64,000 nucleotides of DNA from Candidatus Zixiibacteriota bacterium. GTDB lineage: Bacteria > RBG-13-66-14 > B26-G2 > WVWN01. Under the pieces are notes generated by a model. It searched no databases and was not told the DNA's origin. It saw only the letters and a list, made by a program, of their open reading frames with translations. The stretch covers positions 32,001 to 96,000 of the forward strand of contig JASFLY010000005.1 in assembly GCA_050117845.1 (NCBI GenBank), read 5' to 3'. The position numbers were made by a program, and so were the translations under genes. This document shows, one piece after another, positions 54,610 to 64,000 of the stretch (position 1 is the first letter of the stretch; each line of letters starts with the position of its first letter).

Positions 54610-55929
54610 ATGGTAGAGGGCGCACCGGTTAACCGGCGGATATGGCGGCGCCGGTTGATATTTATTATCGTCGTCGTGGCGGCGGCGGCCGGGTCCTACT
54701 TTTGGGGCCGGCACGTCGAGCCGGCGCCCGTCGAACTCGACGCCGCCCGCGTGGCCCTTCTCACCGGCGCGACCGAGCGGCCCGAGCGCCTCGGCGGAGC
54801 CGAGCCGTACTGGCGGATCCGGCGGGGGGACGAAACGCTGTACGCCGCCGAAAGCTCTCTCCTCGCCCCGGAGGTGGTCGGCTACGGCGGCCCCTTCGAC
54901 CTCCTGGTCGTCGTCGACGAGGCGGGGGACTACGAGCGCGTCGTCGTCGTGCGCCACAACGAGACGCCCTCCTACGTGGAGGACTTGGCGGCCTTCCTCG
55001 CGTCCTTCGTCGGCCTGTCGCCGGCGGAGCCGCTCGAGCCGGGCCGGGACGTGGACGTTATTACCCGGGCCACGGTGACGAGCGACGCCTTCGCGGCGGC
55101 GACCCGCGTCACCGGCCGGGAAATCCTCCGCCGGGCCCACGGCCGGAAAGTGGCGACGGAGGGGGAAGGCGGCGGGGCGTGGGACTGGCCCTGGGCGCTC
55201 GCGGCCGCGGCCTTCCTGGCGGCGGCGGTGTGGCTTAGCCGCCATCCCCGCGAGCCCCTTCGGATCGTCGTGGCGCTGGTCGCGGTCGGCGGGCTGGGGT
55301 TCTGGGCGGGACGGTTTATCTCCGTTAGCGACATGGGCCGCCTGGTCCTCTGGGATTTTCCGCCCTTCGCGCCCCGCCTCTCGCTATACGTGCTCCTGGG
55401 CGGCGCGGCCCTGACGGCGCTTTTGTGGGGCAACGTGTACTGCGGCTGGGTGTGCCCGTTCGGCGCGCTGGCCGAGTTATTGTATAAAATCCCGGTTAAG
55501 AAATTGCGCGTGCCGGCGGCCTTCGCCCGGCGATTGAGCGGCGTCCGTTTTATTCTAATGTGCGTCGTCGTGGCGGCGATAATCGCGAGCCGCGAACTGG
55601 GCGCCGCGGCGTACGAACCCTTCGACGACCTCTTCGCCTACGGCGCCGCGGGCGTGTCGCTCGTATTCCTTGTCGCCGTGCTGGCGTCGTCGCTCTTTCA
55701 CTACCGGTTCTTCTGCCGCTACCTCTGCGCCGCCGGGGCCGTGCTGGGCGAGGTGGCCGCCGTGGGCCGGGCGGGGGCCGTTCCCGCGTGCGGGGAGAGC
55801 GACGAATGCCGGGCGGCCTGTCCCACCGGCGCGCTGATATCCCGGCGGGGCGACGTAGCCCGGGAGCTGTGTGTCGAGTGCGGCCGCTGTCGCGTCGCCC
55901 GCGGCCGGGCGGCCCCCGAAAAGGAATAA
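54610..55929 (+). CDS. FMN-binding plus 4Fe-4S membrane protein (NosR/NirI-like architecture)
   Basis: GYGG, ETP.Y, D.IT.ATVTS flavinylation motif, YCGWVCPFGA, FCRYLC, C...CP, C.ECG.C. Confidence 0.85.
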   Translation: MVEGAPVNRRIWRRRLIFIIVVVAAAAGSYFWGRHVEPAPVELDAARVALLTGATERPERLGGAEPYWRIRRGDETLYAAESSLLAPEVVGYGGPFDLLVVVDEAGDYERVVVVRHNETPSYVEDLAAFLASFVGLSPAEPLEPGRDVDVITRATVTSDAFAAATRVTGREILRRAHGRKVATEGEGGGAWDWPWALAAAAFLAAAVWLSRHPREPLRIVVALVAVGGLGFWAGRFISVSDMGRLVLWDFPPFAPRLSLYVLLGGAALTALLWGNVYCGWVCPFGALAELLYKIPVKKLRVPAAFARRLSGVRFILMCVVVAAIIASRELGAAAYEPFDDLFAYGAAGVSLVFLVAVLASSLFHYRFFCRYLCAAGAVLGEVAAVGRAGAVPACGESDECRAACPTGALISRRGDVARELCVECGRCRVARGRAAPEKE

Positions 55930-55989
55930 GATTTTTAATTTGTTGCCGGGGCCGGCCTATGGTATAAAGGCCCGTTTTAAATTTCTTAT

Positions 55990-58284
55990 ATGAAGAAACG
56001 TCGACTGATAATATTCGTGGCCGTACTGGCCCTGGTCGCGCTGGGCTCGCTCTACTACGCCGCGGTGGCTCCCGCCGTCGTCGGCAAGGACCGCGTGGCC
56101 GAAGCCTTCGCCGCCGCGCTCAAGGACGGCCCGGGGATGGAGGTCCGCTATACGGCGGCCTCGTTCAAACTCTTCCCCCGGCCCGCGGTCGCGCTCACCG
56201 GGGCGGCGTTCTTCAACCGCTCCGGCAAGGAAGTGATCCGCGCCGACGAGGTGAAGCTGGGCCTGTCGTATCTCGGCTTCGTGGCCCTCAAGCCGTCGCT
56301 GGCCACGGTCGAACTGGTGCGGATGCGGGCCGACCTGGCGCCGGGGGACGTGTCCTTCGGCGAGGCGGGGGCCGCGGAACCTTTCCGGGGAACGGTCCTT
56401 TTCAAGGAGGGCTTCGTCCGTTACGTCGGCTCGAGCCGGACGGTTCTGTTGGACGGCCTGAGCGGCCGCGTTCGCTGTAAGGTCGCGTGGGGAGAGGAAC
56501 TCGAGCTCCGCGGCAAACTCAACGCCGATAAACTCAAACTGGCGGCCGCGGAAGGCGAAGCGGCCGGCGGCATGGCCATCGCGGCCGAGGGTAGCCTCCG
56601 TTTCGTGCCCGAGGCGCCGGGAGGCCGCGTCTTCTTCGACGAACTCGACTTCCTCTTCGGCAAGGCCCGGCTCAGCGTCGCCGGCGAGGTCCAGACGGGC
56701 CCGGGCGAAAAGGACGTCGACCTCACGCTGCACGGCAAGAAGATGGCGCTGGCTCAGGTACTGCCGGCCCTCGCGCCGCGCTTCGGCGAGGCCGACCTCA
56801 AGGGCGAGATAGACCTCGACCTCACCGTCAAGGGGAAATGGGGCGAGGGCGTCCGGCCCGAGGTCCGCGGCGAGCTGGAGGTCAAGAAGGCCGCGCTCGA
56901 GCCGGACGACGGCGAGGGCGTTACGAATTGCGCCGTGAAGGTCCGCTTCGAGGGCGAGAAGTACGTCGTCGAGAGCTTCCACGGCCAGACCAAGAAGGGC
57001 GGCTTCAAAGGATACGGGACCGTCCGGCCCGAGGCCAGTTGGCCCTTCCAGCTCAAGATAGAGGGGGCGATGCCGCTCGAGGTGGCGGCCATCGTGCTCG
57101 GCGTCCCCGAGGCCTATATGATGGAGGGTACCACGCAGCTCGACCTCGACGTGGACGGCGAACTCTCGGCGGCGGGCCGCACGTCCGTCGACGGGACCGT
57201 GGAACTCGTCGGCTGCCAGGTTCGAGTCAAACCCTTCGTCGCGCCGTTCAAGGATCTGAACGGGACGGCCTACTGCGACGGCTATAAAATAAAGGCCGGT
57301 AAGATCAAGGGGACGCTCGCCGGCGGCTCCTTCGAGATAGGCGGAAGCTGGCAGGGCTTCGAGACGCCGCGGCTCGACTTCGTCGTCGTGGCCGACGACG
57401 TCAACCTCGACGCCGCGCTGCCGCCGCGGGACGGCAAGGGCCACTCCTCCGGCGGCGCCGGGCCGCTGGGCCTCCCGGGCAAGGACGTGACCGCCAAGGG
57501 CCGCGTAAAAATTAAAAAGTGCCGGGTGCTGACGGTCGATACGCGGAAACTCGACGCCGACTTCGATTACACCGCCGGCATCCTGAGCATAAGCAAGCTC
57601 GACTTCTCGGCGTACGACGGCAAAGTCAAATCGCAGATGACCGTGTACCTCAAGGGCCGGCCCAAGTACACCTGCTCGGCCTCGGTGCGCGACGCGCGGC
57701 TCGGCCTATACCTCACCGAAAATAAGTATCTGGAGAACGTCGTGACGGGCCGCTTCTCCGCCGACGTGACGTTCTCGGCGGAGGGGACGACCTACGACGA
57801 AATAAAGACCAACTTCGGCGGGAAGGGTTCGGTCGAACTCGAGGGGGGCCGCGTGGCCGAGCTGCCGCTGCTCGCCGAACTCGCGAAATGGTCCCGCATC
57901 GACCTCTTCGATCCGCTCCAGGTGTCCGAACTCTGGGCGCTGTGCGACGCCCGGGACGGCGTCATCCGCACGTCCGACCTGCGCATCGAGAACTCGGATA
58001 TGCTGATAGAGGCGGCCGGCGAGGTTACGCTCGGCAAGCAAGTGAACTTCACGGTTCGGACGACTTTCGAGAAGAAAGCGGCCGATAGGCTGGCGCGGGA
58101 GGGCAAGGCCCTCGCGCTGGTCCGGGACGAGGACGGCAAGGCCCACTTCAACTTCGTCGTCGCCGGGGAGGCCTCTAAACCCGCCTTCCAGCTCGATGCC
58201 GGTTCGATGCTCGGCGCCGCGGGCGAGGTTCCGGGCGAGGGCGAAGAGGAAGAGGAGTCGGGCGATATAGGCGACCTGTTCTGA
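55990..58284 (+). CDS. AsmA-family protein
   Basis: N-terminal TM, LFPRP...L, long beta-rich body, YDG.V, G.G.V....G. Confidence 0.75.
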   Translation: MKKRRLIIFVAVLALVALGSLYYAAVAPAVVGKDRVAEAFAAALKDGPGMEVRYTAASFKLFPRPAVALTGAAFFNRSGKEVIRADEVKLGLSYLGFVALKPSLATVELVRMRADLAPGDVSFGEAGAAEPFRGTVLFKEGFVRYVGSSRTVLLDGLSGRVRCKVAWGEELELRGKLNADKLKLAAAEGEAAGGMAIAAEGSLRFVPEAPGGRVFFDELDFLFGKARLSVAGEVQTGPGEKDVDLTLHGKKMALAQVLPALAPRFGEADLKGEIDLDLTVKGKWGEGVRPEVRGELEVKKAALEPDDGEGVTNCAVKVRFEGEKYVVESFHGQTKKGGFKGYGTVRPEASWPFQLKIEGAMPLEVAAIVLGVPEAYMMEGTTQLDLDVDGELSAAGRTSVDGTVELVGCQVRVKPFVAPFKDLNGTAYCDGYKIKAGKIKGTLAGGSFEIGGSWQGFETPRLDFVVVADDVNLDAALPPRDGKGHSSGGAGPLGLPGKDVTAKGRVKIKKCRVLTVDTRKLDADFDYTAGILSISKLDFSAYDGKVKSQMTVYLKGRPKYTCSASVRDARLGLYLTENKYLENVVTGRFSADVTFSAEGTTYDEIKTNFGGKGSVELEGGRVAELPLLAELAKWSRIDLFDPLQVSELWALCDARDGVIRTSDLRIENSDMLIEAAGEVTLGKQVNFTVRTTFEKKAADRLAREGKALALVRDEDGKAHFNFVVAGEASKPAFQLDAGSMLGAAGEVPGEGEEEEESGDIGDLF

Positions 58285-58301
58285 GGTCGAGGAGGTAGCA
58301 C

Positions 58302-58655
58302 TTGAAGCTGTTAATCGTAACTTATCGGGATCCCTACGACGGTTCGGACGTGGTGTGGAACGCGTTGCGCGTGGCCGCGTTCCAGCAGGACCTGGGCGAC
58401 GCCGTCAACGTTTTTCTGATGTCCGACGGCGTAAGGCTGGTCCACAAGGACACCCCCCAGCCGGCCGACCCGCCGTACGACGTGGACGCGGAGTTCGCGG
58501 CGGCCGTGACGGCGGGCGTTACGTTCAAGACCTGCGGGACCTGTTTGAAGAACCGGAAGCTCCCGCCCGACGGCGTGCCCGCGCAGGCGCCGCCGGCGAC
58601 GCTCAAGGACCTGTCCGACTGGATCCACGACGCCGATAAGGTGTTGACGTTTTAA
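58302..58655 (+). CDS. DsrE/DsrF-family protein
   Basis: PY....WNALR.A, FLMSDGV, CGTC, L.DW...ADKVLTF. Confidence 0.88.
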   Translation: MKLLIVTYRDPYDGSDVVWNALRVAAFQQDLGDAVNVFLMSDGVRLVHKDTPQPADPPYDVDAEFAAAVTAGVTFKTCGTCLKNRKLPPDGVPAQAPPATLKDLSDWIHDADKVLTF

Positions 58656-58669
58656 CGCGAAGGACTGAT

Positions 58670-59343
<674 letters not shown>

Positions 59344-59347
<4 letters not shown>

Positions 59348-60207
59348 AACACCTCGGGTTCTATATAAAGGAAGCGCTGAAGAACATAGGCCGGGGCGGC
59401 ATCCTGACCGCGGCGGCCGTTCTCGCCATTACCTTCGCCGGCCTCATCGCCGGGATCTTCGCGACGGGCTACTTCAACCTCCGGGCCATATACGAGGACG
59501 TCAAGAGCGAGCTCTACGTCGACGTATACCTGCGGGACGAGGTGGAAGAGGGCCGGGCCGCCGCCATCGGCGACCACCTGAGCAAACTGCCGGGCGTCGT
59601 GCGCGCCGACTTCGTGTCGCGGGAGGAAGCCGCGGAAGAATTCGTGGGGCTGTTCCCGGAGGACCAGGCGCTTCTGGACGTGCTGTCCGATAACCCCCTG
59701 CCGGCCTCGTACCGCGTTTACCTTACCGCGGAGGCGGGCAAACCCGCCGAGGTCGAAAAACTGGTGGCCGAGATAGCGGCGATAGACGGCGTCGAGGACG
59801 CGGTTTACGGCCAGGAGTGGTTGGAGAATCTGGAACGGGCCGCCAGCGTCGTGGGGATGGCGGGCGGCGTGGTCGGCGGCGTTTTGGGGGCCGCGGCCAT
59901 ACTCGTGGTAATCAGCACCATCGGCCTCGCGGTCTACGCCCGCCGCGAGACCATCGGCATCATGAAAGTCGTGGGCGCCACCGACGGTTTCGTGCGGGCG
60001 CCTTTCGTGGTGGAGGGGTTCATTATCGGGGCCGTCGGGGGCCTTATCGCCCTGGGCGCGCTGTACGGCGGCGTTGCGTTCCTGCGCTCGTACGACGTCG
60101 CGGTCGAGTTCATCCCGCCTACTTACGTAGCCGCCGGTCTGGGGCTTTCGGCATTGGCCGGGGCGTTCGGCTCCAGCGTCGCCGTGCGGCGTTTCCTAAA
60201 AGTTTAA
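59344..60207 (+). CDS. ftsX: Cell division permease FtsX
   Basis: NPLP.S, I.L.VYARR..I.IMK.VGAT..FVR.PF..EG; follows ftsE. Confidence 0.93.
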
Positions 60208-60303
60208 TCTTACCGGTTTACCACGTTGGCGCGGCTGCAACTTTACTGCCGCTCGTTGCGTATTAACGTTAAACCGGTTTTTACATATAAGGAGAGGAAG
60301 CGG

Positions 60304-62427
60304 ATGAAAAAGGTAGTGGTGACGATTGGGGCGGCCTCTTTTCTGGCCGCCATTACCGTGTCGGCGGCGGCGCCGGCCAGCGAGGGCGTAACGCACGCCG
60401 TTCGCGTGGAGACGCCGCCCGTTATCGACGGCGTTCTGGAAGATATGTGGTTCGAAGCCGAACCGGCTTCGGCCTTCCGGCAGTACCGGCCGGCGGTCGG
60501 GGAGGCCGCGTTTCAGGACACCGAGGTATATGTTCTCTACGACGACAAGGCGTTGTACTTCGCCTTCGTGTGCTACGAAGATAATATCCCCGGCCTTACG
60601 GCCAGCGCGACGGTCCGCGACATGTACATGAACGAAGACGACGCCGTGAACGTGATGCTGGACGCCAACAACGACCGCCAGTCGGCTTACGATTTCATCG
60701 TCAACTGGCGGGGCGTACGTTACGACGGGTCCATCGCCAAGGACGGGTGGGTAGGCGGCTCGGCGTGGGACGGATACTGGGAAGCGGCGGCCACGGTGGG
60801 GGAGGACGCCTGGTACTGCGAGATGGCGCTGCCGTGGTCCGCTATTCACTACGACCGCAACGCCGGCCACTTCGGCATACAGTTCCTGCGTTTCCGGCAG
60901 GCGACTTACGAGAATACTTTCTGGGCGAGCGACGGCCAGTTCCTGAACCGCGTTTCTACTTTCGGCCGGTTGGAAGGATTAGAGAACCTGCCCCGGCCGA
61001 AAGCCTTCGAGTTTACGCCGTACGTTACGGGCCGGGCCGAGGACCGATACGACACTCCCGCCTACGGCCTTGAGCCCTCGGACGGTTGGGAGTTCGAGCC
61101 GCGCTACGGCCTGGACGCCCGGTACCGCATCGGTTCGACGGCGTGCGTGTTGGCCACCGTCCTGCCGGATTACGCGTACATCGAGGCCGACCCCGCCCAG
61201 ATCAACCTCTCGCCTTCCGAACTTTACCTCGACGAGAAGCGGCCTTTTTTTACGGAGGGGTACGAGCTGTTCGACACCCCCGGCAATTTCCTGTATACCC
61301 GCCGCCTTACGGAGATAGCCGGCGGCTTGAAGGTAAAGGGGCAGGCGGGGCCCGTAGCTTTCGGCGCGCTGGACGTGCTTATGCGGGACGACGACCTGCG
61401 TTTTCCGGAGGATAACGTCGGCGCCCTTCGAGCCCGTTACGACTTCGAGAGCGGCTCGTCGGTGGGCCTGATGGGCGTAGGACGCCGGGAGCGGGGCGAC
61501 GACGTCCCGGCCGGCGAGGGCACGGGCGAGGACCGGGCCCTCTACAACAACGTCGGCCTGGTGGACGGCTCCATCGTATTGCCGGCGCGGTTCACGCTGG
61601 CGTACGAGGGCGCGGCCTCGGCCACCGCGGGCGAGGGCGGCGACGATTTCGCCTACACGCTCGATCTGAGCCATTACAGCCTGACCGGGAACGGCGGGAT
61701 TTGGTTCAACGATAACGGCGAGGATTTCCGGGCGGACACCAGTTTTCTTCAACCCGAGGAGCTGGGGCGTCGCCAGGGCGGCCTGTCCGGCAGTAAAGAG
61801 TTCCAGATTAACCGCGGCGGCATCCGTTCCGTTACGCCGGATTTTTATTACGTGCACGACTGGGATTTGGAGCGGCGTACGGTCAGGCACTACTCTTCGG
61901 CGAACGTTAAGCTCATAAGGGAGGACGATTTTTACATTGACGTTTTTCACCGCGGAGGCAAGGACCTCCGTTACGTCGCGTCCGGATATCCGGCTTTCTA
62001 TAACGATAAGTACGGCGCCAGCCTGGGTCACCGGTTGGCGTCGTGGGGCAGTTTCGAATTCGCTTATTGGCGCGGGCCGTGGTACGGCGATTATTACCAC
62101 GGTTATTACTTTACGGGGTATTACATACCGTTTCCGGCGTTCGTCCTGCGCGGCGACGTCGACGTCGCCAATCCGCGCGCGGGCGACCGTTCCGTCGCGG
62201 CCAACCTCAAGACCACGCATAACTTGACAGACGAGTTGTTCTGGCGTATTATCCTCCAAGGGAATTCGGCCGCGCGTACCAGCTCCGGGAGCGTTCTGTG
62301 GGGCTGGGATTTCTTACCCGGAAGCACCGCGTACGTGGCGTACGAACAGCGTCGCGACTCGAACGGCCGGTTCCTGTTAGCGGAGCAAGTGGCGTTCGTT
62401 AAAATATCCTATATGATATCGGTGTAA
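60304..62427 (+). CDS. CBM9-like plus DUF5916-type outer-membrane protein
   Basis: PP.IDG, TEV..LYDD..LY, WDG.W, E.A.PW, PD...IEAD, EKRPFF.EG. Confidence 0.8.
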   Translation: MKKVVVTIGAASFLAAITVSAAAPASEGVTHAVRVETPPVIDGVLEDMWFEAEPASAFRQYRPAVGEAAFQDTEVYVLYDDKALYFAFVCYEDNIPGLTASATVRDMYMNEDDAVNVMLDANNDRQSAYDFIVNWRGVRYDGSIAKDGWVGGSAWDGYWEAAATVGEDAWYCEMALPWSAIHYDRNAGHFGIQFLRFRQATYENTFWASDGQFLNRVSTFGRLEGLENLPRPKAFEFTPYVTGRAEDRYDTPAYGLEPSDGWEFEPRYGLDARYRIGSTACVLATVLPDYAYIEADPAQINLSPSELYLDEKRPFFTEGYELFDTPGNFLYTRRLTEIAGGLKVKGQAGPVAFGALDVLMRDDDLRFPEDNVGALRARYDFESGSSVGLMGVGRRERGDDVPAGEGTGEDRALYNNVGLVDGSIVLPARFTLAYEGAASATAGEGGDDFAYTLDLSHYSLTGNGGIWFNDNGEDFRADTSFLQPEELGRRQGGLSGSKEFQINRGGIRSVTPDFYYVHDWDLERRTVRHYSSANVKLIREDDFYIDVFHRGGKDLRYVASGYPAFYNDKYGASLGHRLASWGSFEFAYWRGPWYGDYYHGYYFTGYYIPFPAFVLRGDVDVANPRAGDRSVAANLKTTHNLTDELFWRIILQGNSAARTSSGSVLWGWDFLPGSTAYVAYEQRRDSNGRFLLAEQVAFVKISYMISV

Positions 62428-62500
62428 ACGAGTGGCCCACCGCGCCCGGCGAGAAACCCGCGCGTGCGGGTTTTTCGTTTATATATTACCGGAGGCGGAT

Positions 62501-64000
62501 ATGAAGCGAAGGGTGCTTGGCTTAATAGTTTTGTTTATTATGGCCGGGGGCGCCGACGCGCAGGACGAAACCTGGTCGATGACGGCGGTACGGGTGGAGG
62601 CCCCCCCCGTTATCGACGGCGTAATCGAGGACTTGTGGTACCGGGCCGAGCCGGCCCGGCTCGCCCGGCAGTTCCGCCCCGCCCGGGGCGCGCCCGCCAA
62701 GGCCGATACCGAAGTCTACGTCCTCTACGACGACCGGGCGATTTACTTCGGCTGGGTCTGCCACGAGCCGGACGTCTCGGGCCTCGTGGCCTGCGCCACC
62801 GTACGCGACATGTTCCTGAACGACGACGATTCCATCGACGTCATGCTGGACGCCAACAACGACTACCAGTCGGCGTACGACTTCATGGTGAACTGGAAGG
62901 GGATCAAGTACGATGGCTCGTTCGCCCGCGACAGCGAGGTGGGCGGCGGGGCCTGGGACGGCCACTGGGACGCCGCGACCTCCGTCGGCGAGGACGCGTG
63001 GTATTGCGAAATCGCCGTCCCCTGGGAGACGATGCGCTACGACCGGGGAGCCTCCTCGCTCGGCGTGCAGTTCCTGCGTTTCCGTAAGCCGGAGTTCGAG
63101 GAGACCTTCTGGGCCAGCGACGGCAGTCTCTTGAACCGCGTCTCGAGCTTCGGCCGCCTCGAGGGCTTCGAGGACCTGCCCCGGCCCAAGCCCTTCGGCC
63201 TGACGCCGTACGTGACGGCCCGCGGCGAGGAGGCATACGATTACTACGGGACGGGAGAGGAGGGGGACTGGGAGTTCAAGCCGCGCTACGGCGGCGATTT
63301 CTCGTTCCGGGCGGGGTCCGCCGTCACGGCGCTCGCGACGGTATTGCCGGATTACGCCTACATCGAGGCGGACCCGGCCGAAATCAACCTCAAACCCTCC
63401 GAGCTTTACCTTGACGAGAAGCGCCCCTTCTTCACCGACGGCTTCGAATTCTTCGACAACGATTTCCTGTATACCCGCCGGTTCACCGAAATAGCCGGCG
63501 GCGCGAAGGTGACGGGGCGGGCGGGCGACTTCAACTACGGCGCCCTGGACGTTATAATGCTGGACGACGACCCCCGCTTCCCGGAGGATAATTTCGCCCT
63601 GGGGCGGGTCTCGTACGATTTCCCCGGCGGTTCGACGGTCGGCGTGACCGGGATGGGCCGCCGCGGCGTGGGCGCGGAAGTTCCCCCGACGGAACCTCAT
63701 TACGGCGGCGATTCCGCCCGCTACAACAACGTCGCCGTGTTCGACGGCCGGATCGTTTTCCCGAAACAGCTCTCGTTGGATTGGGGCGGTTATAAATCCT
63801 ACACCGCGGGCGAGGGCGGCGACGGCTACGACTACTTCGTGAGTTTCGGCCGGTCGGGCGTGGCGCAATACATATCGACCTGGTACTACGAAATGAGCGA
63901 GGATTTCCAGGCCGATATGAGTTTTGCCCAACCCGAGAACCTGGGGACGCGCGGCGTGGGCCTGTACGGCCAAAATGAATTCCAGCTCAACCGCGCCGGC
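62501..64000 (+). CDS. Tandem paralog of the CBM9-like/DUF5916 protein; runs off the window edge
   Basis: GGAGG RBS + ATG 62501 (MKRRVLGLIVLF...PPVIDG); same frame at the window end reads EFQLNRAG, matching EFQINRGG in the paralog. Confidence 0.78.
   Translation, partial: MKRRVLGLIVLFIMAGGADAQDETWSMTAVRVEAPPVIDGVIEDLWYRAEPARLARQFRPARGAPAKADTEVYVLYDDRAIYFGWVCHEPDVSGLVACATVRDMFLNDDDSIDVMLDANNDYQSAYDFMVNWKGIKYDGSFARDSEVGGGAWDGHWDAATSVGEDAWYCEIAVPWETMRYDRGASSLGVQFLRFRKPEFEETFWASDGSLLNRVSSFGRLEGFEDLPRPKPFGLTPYVTARGEEAYDYYGTGEEGDWEFKPRYGGDFSFRAGSAVTALATVLPDYAYIEADPAEINLKPSELYLDEKRPFFTDGFEFFDNDFLYTRRFTEIAGGAKVTGRAGDFNYGALDVIMLDDDPRFPEDNFALGRVSYDFPGGSTVGVTGMGRRGVGAEVPPTEPHYGGDSARYNNVAVFDGRIVFPKQLSLDWGGYKSYTAGEGGDGYDYFVSFGRSGVAQYISTWYYEMSEDFQADMSFAQPENLGTRGVGLYGQNEFQLNRAG

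Overview
GC-rich window from a probably diderm, anaerobic bacterium (inferred from lipoproteins, AsmA, outer-membrane-type proteins and a double-cubane reductase pair). Housekeeping content: M29 aminopeptidase (partial), hslV, xerC, a degenerate priA, rpoZ, a PPIase, a NikR-regulated Ni/Co ECF transporter, surE, secF, system II cytochrome c biogenesis, cheW/cheR genes, tmRNA, a lexA..dinB cassette and ftsEX. The main result is invisible in the supplied ORF track. A family of 9 paralogous secreted ~210-aa proteins lies at 24.2-30.2 kb (8 genes) and 52.5-53.1 kb (1 gene). Seven of them carry an in-frame TGA at the equivalent position (codon 39-42), in G-C-[TGA] or C-x-x-[TGA] context, each followed by a SECIS-like hairpin. 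The two TGA-less paralogs also lack the Cys and the hairpin. An unannotated Rdx (SelW-like, CxxU) gene with a similar hairpin at 42.7 kb supports selenocysteine decoding in this organism. These candidate exported selenoproteins and 7 other secreted proteins (16 in all, three passenger types) end in a shared C-terminal motif (A)V.PTS(L/I)GRV(K/R)A(L/M/I)(Y/F)x, a candidate sorting signal. All calls are by eye; no database searches were run, so novelty is unverified.
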